61,234 nt of DNA, taken from the NCBI RefSeq assembly GCF_001194135.2, contig NC_068988.1, positions 931,906 to 993,139 of the forward strand, in the 5' to 3' direction. The DNA comes from Octopus bimaculoides. Its lineage: Eukaryota. Under the pieces are notes generated by a model, which worked only from the letters and a program-made list of their open reading frames with translations, was not told the origin of the DNA and did no database searches. Every line of letters begins with the position of its first letter. Position 1 is the first letter of the stretch. The position numbers were made by a program, and so were the translations under genes. This document shows positions 31,801-41,341 of the stretch, piece after piece.

Positions 31801-33631
31801 ACATGGATTGCACTGGTGATATGGTCAGCTGCCGGAAGTCGTAACAATCTGTCTCGGTAGCATTATTAGAACCATAAGTGGTTGACCTGGGTGGAATTTT
31901 TCTGAGATTTTTGAAACTCGCTCTGAAGAGATTTTCATTTGGTGGAGCACTTTCAGAACGTCTCGAAGAAATAGTACAATACCTAAAGTCATGATCGACA
32001 ATTGGTTCTTTTGGGTTATTTTGCCTGGAGAGTACGGTTCGGCCTCGTAAGGACCCGTAATTGGCTGATGGGTTTGGTGGTGCTGACACACATCTCTTGG
32101 CAGAGGGTCTGTCACTGTACACAACGTACGTGCGAGCATCGGAGGGTGGTTGCTGCTTGCAGTTGTATTCAGGGTGGACATTAGCTTCGTCATAAACACC
32201 ACCCTCATGGCAAGGGGAAAAAGCTGAAGAACAAGGATACTGGCTAATGTAATGGCTTGGTCTGTATGGTAATGTGCGATACGGAGCATGGCTAGGCACT
32301 TGTTTACAGCTGTGAGGATCTGCAGTGGAGAGATTCCTCAAAGCCTGATTGTCATTTAAAGTGTTTAGATTTTCAAGACTTGTAGCTTTACGTATTTGGT
32401 ACGATGCTGCATTCTCCATCAAATTACTGTGGGAACAGTTTTCAGCATAGGACATTCTTTTGTGAGAACAATAATTGTTACAATTAGTCATTGGATTGTA
32501 ACACTGTTGACGATTAAGACAATGAGCTGGCTCATTATAGACTTGATGACATGGAGGTCTTTGAAGGTAACTTTGGTAAGTAAATTCTTCTGAATTAGAA
32601 CTGTGTACTCTTGGGTTACGTATGTCATAGAATCTCCCAGCATGGTCCCTTGGATAATGACGCAGTTCACAATTTGGCCACGGATGACCTTGCTGAAAGG
32701 AACCCGATTTTGGATCTAGAGTCTCTTGGTTTGTGCAATACTGACCTGGATTTAGAACTGGGGACATTTCTTTGTAAGTGGGAGTCTTTATAGCATTCAA
32801 ATGACGGCGAAAGGAAGACCGTAATCGTGTTAAGGGACCTTCCTTGGTTTTACATTCCATTGGTTTCGTGGTTGGTTGGTAAACACTATTCAAATAGGTG
32901 TACTTGGCTGGTTTATTGCCAGGGTCACGATATTTTTCAAGCATTTCAAGATAATGGTCAGATCCTTCCCTGGATTCCTGCCAGTTGTGGTATTGATCAG
33001 AAAGATTATCCAATGTCGAAATGGAGGAGGATTTGACATTTTCACTATGATGTCTTGCAAGAGGACGTCTCCCTTTTGTTATATGGCACACTGGAGAAAT
33101 GGTTACGTTTGGCGTCTGAGATATTTGAGGATAATAATTGGGATGGATTTGCATCTCAGATGTAGCACTCATCAACTGTGCCTTTGATATGCCGTCTTTG
33201 AAATCGCCAGATTTATTACATTTCAGTTGGCACCTCAGCGAACCATTTTCTGCATCTTCCTTCCTTTTATATCTATCTACAGTCAAAGAACCGTGCTTTA
33301 TTTTCCTTTTAATAGATTTGGAACTGTAAGGAGTAACTTCTTCATCAATAACAGACGAGGTAAATATTTTATTTGTGCTAGGTTCGTTCGGTCTTTCAGC
33401 GTATGTGGAGTCATCAAATAATGTACCTTGGTTGACAGCAGGGGACACGCTGCCAGAAATACTGGGACTGCTACCATTGCTGGAGAAAAAGTGTATGTTA
33501 TCACTCATCTTGGAATAACAACCAATTGGATCTTCTCGACAAGGATACACACTCGAAGTATGTCTGATGCTGCTGTCAATTATATGTTTGTTCATTAACG
33601 ATCGATTGGATGTGAGCGATGATGAAGAAGG
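28817..33631 (-). CDS. XKR: XKR terminal exon, 4815 nt, 1604 aa low-complexity tail
   Basis: Stop-free 4.8-kb frame in ~65% AT DNA. Acceptor TTTATTTCTCATTACAG|CCT is phase 0 and matches the phase-0 donor at 35267. Confidence 0.8.
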   Translation of the reverse strand, partial: PSSSSLTSNRSLMNKHIIDSSIRHTSSVYPCREDPIGCYSKMSDNIHFFSSNGSSPSISGSVSPAVNQGTLFDDSTYAERPNEPSTNKIFTSSVIDEEVTPYSSKSIKRKIKHGSLTVDRYKRKEDAENGSLRCQLKCNKSGDFKDGISKAQLMSATSEMQIHPNYYPQISQTPNVTISPVCHITKGRRPLARHHSENVKSSSISTLDNLSDQYHNWQESREGSDHYLEMLEKYRDPGNKPAKYTYLNSVYQPTTKPMECKTKEGPLTRLRSSFRRHLNAIKTPTYKEMSPVLNPGQYCTNQETLDPKSGSFQQGHPWPNCELRHYPRDHAGRFYDIRNPRVHSSNSEEFTYQSYLQRPPCHQVYNEPAHCLNRQQCYNPMTNCNNYCSHKRMSYAENCSHSNLMENAASYQIRKATSLENLNTLNDNQALRNLSTADPHSCKQVPSHAPYRTLPYRPSHYISQYPCSSAFSPCHEGGVYDEANVHPEYNCKQQPPSDARTYVVYSDRPSAKRCVSAPPNPSANYGSLRGRTVLSRQNNPKEPIVDHDFRYCTISSRRSESAPPNENLFRASFKNLRKIPPRSTTYGSNNATETDCYDFRQLTISPVQSMSVPPDKVTSIEALRNLTMSPVRSVSVIPNQSPKEQECYSQYGESSNRPASVPADYTFHGKTQSYPHAQSTEISVMPGMNCNYNKGQRSMTATQSIADDRCLSRGQFTVYSDFNLSIPPDSQTIKSAAAICPSYRTTPALPSVPPNSNQSPLFSCKHPYLPERSLSVPFNSSHSTDTDTDTTSVTSLSSFPDSVGDARSAEDKAAKHLEALDNCLNSETNNLKSEMESLKSQSTSEEVDSSHELTEVEATKSQTTNEEDIPQNLTRLKKMSLHVHSGITISPISPGIKENMTKNQEIIDEEQRTVAGISFGRIAKEVCKTEVTREKKYSNSFQENHENLDGTDAKIFQEFKKPDSDDSDSHNTIVSKTLNHNEDPISCSPNSLCESDIEEQPRRPQVPKDLPKEKIKSEELNKAFRLSPLTIQQLKNSPLKLGRSQSISIMDKNRLSKLKDKLSPLRIQTFVNSPFKFGRSIDLFDRKKWRSANDILDEVKSDTAACNLVKVKYLEDKNTENVKDFQEGKISAKEVQNETSLTDRKARVNLSSNYLADNDEDVEKDNEVNSSNFGTTDDRDWALDVLDHLSRISDHHTSSFSGSTQAFSEKSRQRNITKDLIQDGSTMAAEKHFREDASLQKMPRVSCDQIPIINRNNCNEGVNESIRKDVDGNNIGNSRNSLHQSEESESENSSGCEISGTCSGRLQPNIDWKCNNEEEKMGLEEKGITLGVCQKEKLSHLKDLTVLEPLATERKECSRESINTNNKSGKHCSDQRIYDAGDDNSSKLPLTGKYQKKLTNIYADAKASYVGDFISEEDIKNWQVSAQSKGLEFAENKSNANNFDELNNSLFREKLARETNYLWGSPFDRFKPNYSMDDLSYGIRKFPLRTQSFQSRFPRTVSRPVDPQVMPTIFENKIMTEQFIYDDAISDTYLYKEPQSQHPPCYAYDDQRYTNPKHPLYIYDRSLAYMDSVHPDGYMTIPSKKPANSWNLKKKKKLFSKNPK

Positions 33632-36600
33632 CTGTAATGAGAAATAAATCGATATATATAAATATAGACATAATCTCAATATAAACTAATAAAACACTTG
33701 TTAATTAACTTTTGTGATGGTAACTTATTAAGTTCTCTCACAGACTTGTGTTAATCTTTTTGTTACCATATTTCTGTAGAAATACACATACTTTATTTCA
33801 ATTAATTTTGAAAATATTAGTTTCAAATTCTGGCTTTTCATTATATCAAAGCAAAATGCTCACCTTACACTTGTTTTATCAATCCTGAAAGGACAAAAAG
33901 CAAAGCTGACGACCATGCTGGAGCACCGCCTTTAGTCGAACAAATCGACCCCAGGACTTATTCTTTGTAAGCCTAGTACTTATTCTATCAATCTCTTTTG
34001 CCAAACCGCTAAGTTACGGGGACGTAAACACACCAGCATCGGTTGTCAAGTGATGTTGTGGGGACAGACACACGTACACTTATATGATGGGCTTCTTTCA
34101 GTTTCCGTCTACTACATCCACTCACAAGGCTTTAGTTGGCCCAAGGCTATAGTAGAAGACACTTGCCCAAGGTGCCACGCAGTGGGACTGAACCTGGAAC
34201 CATGTGGTTGGTAAGCAAGCTACTTACCACACAGCCACTCCTGTGCCTACATGAAAGAAAATTACCAGAGAACTTTCATCTAATTCTTCCAAATCTTTCT
34301 GTTAAAAGTGTATTGAAACAATTTGTGGGGAATTCTTTTTTTATCACAGCAACTGGTTGCGCACCACAAGGTTTAACAGAATCTACTGAACCAAGCCAGC
34401 ACGCTTGCAGCATTACCACGAGCAATGGAAAGGCTCAGGCATTGGAAAAGCCAAAGCACCCTCACAGGCATCACCTGACACCTAATGAAGAATAGAGTAA
34501 AATAACTTTGTCACTATTAAGCTAAGGTTTGGAACATAACATGAAATTTTAGTGGGAAATTTTAATTTAGATCGCTTTAGAACTAGAAGCTTATATCGTA
34601 AAACCAGGAGTGAGGCGGCCACAGGTGGGAGTTTGGTGTCCAAAAGATTAAATTAATACCTTTTCTCGGTGAAAGGAAATATTCTCTATCAGCTTCAAAG
34701 GTTGAAAACCAAGAGAACTTTCAATGCGCACAGTCTTTGACAGTAACAGCCAATGTTTTTTTTTTTTTTTTTTTTAGGCAGAATGATTTGAGAAGAATTT
34801 CACTGCTATTTCTGGCAGATCATGCAACTGCATAGAGGTCTTCCTAATTGGATTGTTGAGTATTTCATTAGCTTGGTTTGTTAAGCTCAAACTAATTGAG
34901 AAAATATCTGGTCAAATATAATATCACAGGTGAATTCTTGCAGACAGTGAAATAAATGAGCTTAGCACTGAAAATGGGAGATGAGGGCCACTACACTGCA
35001 ACACTTTTTAAACAAAAGAGGAAAGAAACATACATTTGATTTCAAATCTTGGCACAAGGCCAGCAATTTTGAGGGAGAGAGTCAATTACATTGACCCCAT
35101 CTGGTACTTATTTCATCGACCCTGGAAGGATGAAAGGCAAAGTCAACCTCAGCGGAATTTGAACTCAGAACGTGAAGAGGGATGAAATGCTGCTAATGAT
35201 TTTGCCCAGCAGGCTAACGAGTCTTGCCTTGGAAAGCAAAATGTATTTGAAAAATTCACGAGTTACCTTGGCTCTTTCTATTCTGGCAATAGTTTTATCT
35301 TCGGTTGATGTACAATCCTCTAGGGAATTGTTTTGGTCAGGATGGAAGCAACAATAAAATAAGAGCAAACAGACCACTCCTACAGCAGAAAAAAACAGTA
35401 AAATTATATATATGATGGAACAAAAACAATAGAGGACAATAAAACATCTGGACAGACAGGAAAAACAACTATTAGAGGGACAGGAGAAAAATGACAGGTC
35501 ATTCGTAGCCTTCTTTCATCAGTCAAGTTACCAGATGTCCTTACAGTTTCAGGCAGTTACACTTGAGATCTTCAGTTTGGTTGCCCCCAAAAAAGTCTCA
35601 GCTAAGAGCATTAGATTTTTTTGTATATATATATATATATATATAAAGATGTTGGAAATAGCACAATGTATGCAACAATTAGTTATGTATTGTCAAGATC
35701 TCATTAAAGATTTGAAGTTTTCATAAATATACATAAAAATATGATGCGTATATAATTTGCCCAACTTCTGACATTAATTTTAAAAAATGAATTATCTTTT
35801 GACGAAGATAATAATGATGTTAGCCTGGTGATTACTGTGGAGAAAAATACGACAAATACTTCTGCCTAAAACAACAAAATATGTTATAGTCTTTCAGTCA
35901 GTTTTAGAATGACTGGATTATAGAAATCCCTTGAATTTAATTTGTTTAATCCCCTCTTCATTCAGCAGATTTGGGATCAAAAACATTAGAGCAGCCCCTA
36001 AAGGCCACTTTGTCATTTGTTTGCAACAAATTTTTAGGAGGAAAAATTCCTGTATTTTAAGCCTTGTAACATTCATGTCTCTCCAAACGAGATTCATAGA
36101 CTTATTCTATAATGTATCTCTGGCTAAGACAATTTTTATATTCTGTTGAACAGATGAGGAAGCACTACTTGAGAAATACCCAAACATTTTGCATATGTGA
36201 TGCACTTTTTAGAAATGAAATTTTCCAAGACACATTACAAAAAAAAACAAAACAAAAGGGAGAGAGAATTCACTCAGGTATATCTGTGTGGTAAAGAAGT
36301 TTGCTTCTCAACCACATTGTTCCAGGTTCAACACCTTGGACAAGCGTCTTCAGCTATCATCCTGGGCTCAACAGTGTCAACGGGAAAGGGATAGTCAATG
36401 CTTTCAACTCCAGTACATGACTGGTACTCCAAAAGGATAACTGGCAAAGTTGACCTTGACTGGATTCAAACAGAGAATAAAGAACTGGTAGGAATTCCAC
36501 AGAGCATTTTGTCTGATACTCTGCAGATTCTATCAGCTCGTTGCCTAAATAACAACAACAATAATAATAATAATAATGGTTTCAAATTTTGGCACAAGGC

Positions 36601-37721
36601 CAGAATTTTAAGGGAGGGTTAAGTTGATTACATTGACCCCAGTGTTCAACTGGTACTTATTTTATCAATCCTGAAAGGATGAATGACAAAGCTGACCATG
36701 GCAGAATTTGAACTCAGAATGAAACGCCAAACAAAATTCTGCCCAGTGTGCTAACAATTCTGCCAGCTCGCTGCCTTAACCATCGCTTCAAATTTTGGCA
36801 CAAGGCCAGCAGTTTTGGGGGGAGGAGGTAAGCTGATTACATCAATCCCAGAATGCAACTGGTACTTTATTTTCTCAACTTCAAAAGGATGAAAAACAAA
36901 GTTGTTGACCTCAGCAGAATTTGAACTCGGAACATAAAAACAGAGGAAATGCCACTAAGCATTTTACGTGGGGTGCCAACAATTCTGCCAGCTTGCTACT
37001 TTAATAACAATAATAATAACAACCAGTGTCTCACCTATGAGAAATCCTGTAAAGACAAGAGCTGTAAACAGCCACTGATATGCTTCCGCGATATCAATTG
37101 GAGTCAACAACCAGGCGATAACTGCAAGAGAATTCTCCAGTAAAAGCAGGGCATAAAAGAAGAGCAGGCGCCAGCGGCCAGAACCCTTTTGAATTTGTAA
37201 GAAAGAAAAAATGTAGATGAATCCAACGACACAGGAAAGTAACTTGTCTTGCCACCAAACACTGCTTAGTTTTGGTTTCTCAGCAATTATCCACAGACTC
37301 ATCAACATCCAATGAACTCCTATAGGAAAGAAAAGTTTGGAAGAATAGAAATATTCTTAGTAAATTATTGTGTTTAAAATATGTGTAGAAACTGTACTGA
37401 TAGATATATATATGCACAAACTATGCATGTGTGTGTGTGTATATACATGAAGACAGGTGTATAAACAACAAATAGATGTATTAGTTTAATGCTTGGGAAG
37501 TAAGAAAGTCTTTTACGTTTCGANNNNNNNNNNNNNNNNNNNNNNNNNNNNNNNNNNNNNNNNNNNNNNNNNNNNNNNNNNNNNNNNNNNNNNNNNNNNN
37601 NNNNNNNNNNNNNNNNNNNNNNNNNNNNNNNNNNNNNNNNNNNNNNNNNNNNNNNNNNNNNNNNTATATACACACACACACACACACATCTTGTGATTCC
37701 GAATTCAATTCCAGGCAGTGA

Positions 37722-37756
<35 letters not shown>

Positions 37757-40700
37757 TCGAAAAATACCTTAGGAATGAGAACGCAGGTTCGAAATTTCCC
37801 CAAATTACCTGATGAAGGCTGGAGGGTATATCAGCCGAAACATTGTGTTAACAACAAACAAGATGAGGACAAATATCCATCAAATGTAAATAATAATGTT
37901 TGTTGTGGTTGTGGTGATGATCAATCTTATCTATAGAGCCTTCTCATTTCTCAACTGCTCAAACTCATTCTTTTTCCCATTTTACCAAACGAGTCCTACA
38001 TTTGTTTTATCTATTTATCCTGATTAAGACAGCTTCACAAAAGTTAATTACGTCCAGGTAGTTTCTCTAAAACTAATTATAGAGATTTGGTAATTAAATA
38101 TTACAATTAGGTGTAATGTTGCCCTTCCAAAGCTCATTTAGCTCAATGAAATGAGTTTGCACAATTGAACAATAATATGAAAGGAGCATGAGTCATAAAG
38201 CACGCTTCTATATGGTCATTCAGTCAGCTAGAAATAACAGCAATAGTTCTCTCAACATCTCATTGCTTTACAAAATGGAGGGCATGTTGTGTAACATAAG
38301 CTAGACGTACGAAAGGATAGGATGTCATTTATGGTGGGTGCTTCTGTGTGATCAGTTTATTTACTAGAAATAGCAGTAACACCATCTTCAAATTATGCTT
38401 GAGGTAAAGTTGAAGATCATCAGACACTGGTGTTTCAACCTCATTTGGTTTCTTCAGTGATGAAACACCCACTGGACATTCTAAGCTCAGCTGAAAGAAT
38501 ATTCATTTTGGTATAGAAATTAGTAAACAAAGCATTCAAGATTTGCATGAAAGCTGGCCAGGCTTGAATTAAGTCAATACATACACAAGAAACAGCCCTT
38601 GATTAAAATAATGGTGCGTTTAACAGTATTTTTATTGACATAAAATGATGATAGTTATATTTTGTCCCAAAGAAACATCTAAAAGAAACTTGTGTATTAT
38701 ATTCCCACAGAATTCTGAAGATGGTTTGATAAAAAGCAAAAGAGTTTTGAGGTCAATTGTGTGGAGAAATTCTTAATTATCTAAATACTTTTAGATTCAG
38801 ATGAAAAGATCAGAAATAAGCCAAATATAACAAAGAATTAAGTTTGATATACAGAAGAAAATATCAAAGGAGAAAGAAATTGATTCATAATACAAGGGAA
38901 ACATTGTGTTCCTGAAAAACTTGCCATAACATGGAATTCTGTAACAAGAAATTTATTTCCTGTTGACTTCCAGGTGACATAAAAATCAAAGAGCTTGGAA
39001 GTGAATGGGAAATTAGTTTTTCATCACAAAATTCCACAATACAGAAAGATTATCAGGAACGTAATGCTTTGATAAACACAAAGAAATACTGGTATTCTTA
39101 CCTATAGCAAAAAAGATCCAACTCTTAAAACAAAAAGCAAACAATATAATTGCCGCCACTCTGGATAATGTCATTCCAGTCTGCCAACCAATCTGTAGCA
39201 GAAAACTTGGCCATTTTGGACGAGGAATATTTCGAGATTGAAGTCGGAGATTGTCGGAGTATGTTACAAAGCCCCAGGAAAACGATATGAGAGAAATTAT
39301 TAAAGAAAAACCTGGAAACATAAATAAATAAATAATGATAACATGTATATTAATATCTTTTATACACACACACACAATATACATCAAGGGTTATGATATC
39401 GAAGTTGTGTTCTCATGAATTTTTGTCAAAAGAATTACAGGTAAGAGAGTCTATACATATATTTTCAATAAAGATTATTTGCCAACATAACATGGCAGTC
39501 CTGGTTTAGAATGAATGTTGCTGTAATTTAGCCTCAGGAAACATCGTCTCCAGCTGGCTATATGACACGATCTGTGTCCTTATATTTTTGAACAAGAGAA
39601 TCTAGCATCCCCACTCAGCTCAAAACAATATCTGTGTATCGCCATTCCTGGGTTATTTCTCTTCATCGCGATACACAGATATTGTTTTGAGCTGAGTGGG
39701 GGTGCTGGATTCCCTTGTTCGAAAATATAAGGACACAGATTGTTTTGTATAGCCAGCTGGAGATGATGTCTCCTGGGGCTAAATTACAGCAATATTCGTC
39801 CTAAACCAGGACTACTACCATGTTATGTTGGCAAACAATCTTTACCACAAAGTACTGTCGCTGAATATCTCACGTTGTGAGATTTAAAAATAGTAATTTT
39901 CTAATGTCTTGTTAACATCTACCTTTGTAACTTCTTTCCTGTAATGAAACGTGTAACATGGAATTAAAAATGTACCAAATTTTTCCAGTCTTTTGTTTTG
40001 ATTATATATATATAAATTTAATTAGAGGGTGTGTTAAGCTCATGAAGGAATGGTTTCATCCAAGGAAATACTGGTTCAATACCCAGTATTTTGGAGGAAT
40101 GGATTTCTTTAAAATAATAGGTATATATAAAAATATATAGTTTATATAAAAGAAGAAAATGGAGACTGGAAAGTTAATAATTGTTTATTATTAACAGCAA
40201 ATTGGTCATCTTCACTATATTCTTAGTGGTGTGAATATACCACAAAACACTTTTAAATGTATTCCCCAGTGTTGATATATATTTGCACAGAGCGGTCCTC
40301 AGTATCCAAAAAGGTTAATCTCATCATCATCATCGTTTAACGTCCGCTTTCCATGCTAGCATGGGTTGGACGATTTGACTGAGGACTGGTGAAACCGGAT
40401 GGCAACACCAGGCTCCAGTCTGATTTGGCAGAGTTTCTACAGCTGGATGCCCTTCCTAACGCCAACCACTCAGAGAGTGTAGTGGGTGCTTTTACGTGTC
40501 ACCCGCACGAAAACGGCCACACTCGAAATGGTGTCTTTTATGTGCCACCCGCACAAGCCAGTCCAGGGGCACTGGCAACAATCTCACTCGAAAATCCTAC
40601 AGGAGCCAGTCAGGCGGTACTGGCAACGGCCACGCTCAAAATGGTGCATCTCATGTGCCACCCGCACAAGAACCAGTCCAGGGGCACTGGCAACGATCTT

Positions 40701-41292
40701 ACTTGGCTTGCCGGGTCTTCTCACGCACAGCACATTTCCAAAGGTCTGTTTGTTAAAACTATATGATTACAAGATTTAATATATTTTTAAAGATAGATTA
40801 AAAGAAAATATTTCTGGCAATATATTTCCAGTCAGACTAACCTGTCCCTGCAGATCCATGCCAGGTACTTAGAAGCACATAGGACTGAAGAATTAACTGT
40901 GGTGCTGCTTCAAGGAAAGTTTGAAACAGCCGAAGCAGAAAAGCACTGTGGACTTGCTGGAATAATTTCTCAAATCGAAGGGGATCAGAGGTTGTTTTCA
41001 ATTCACTCCAAGTTAATAATACATCAGCGTACCTGGAAACAGTAACAAGATCAAATTGGATTTTCACATTTCATTTGAAGATGACAAGTAATTTACTTGT
41101 CTCAGTCATTTGACTGTGGCCATGGTAGAGCACTATCTTTAGTCGAACCAATTGACCTCAGGACTTATTCTTTGTAAGCCTAGTACTTATTTTATCAATC
41201 TCTTTTGCTGAACAGTTAAGTTACAGGAACGTAAACACACCAACATCGGTTGTCAAATGATGATGGTGGGGGTGACAAGCACAGACACATAC

Positions 41293-41341
<49 letters not shown>

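Noticed and set aside
29641-33504. Short alternative-frame and antisense ORFs inside the giant exon
   Set aside because: Expected by-products of a long coding region, with no motifs.
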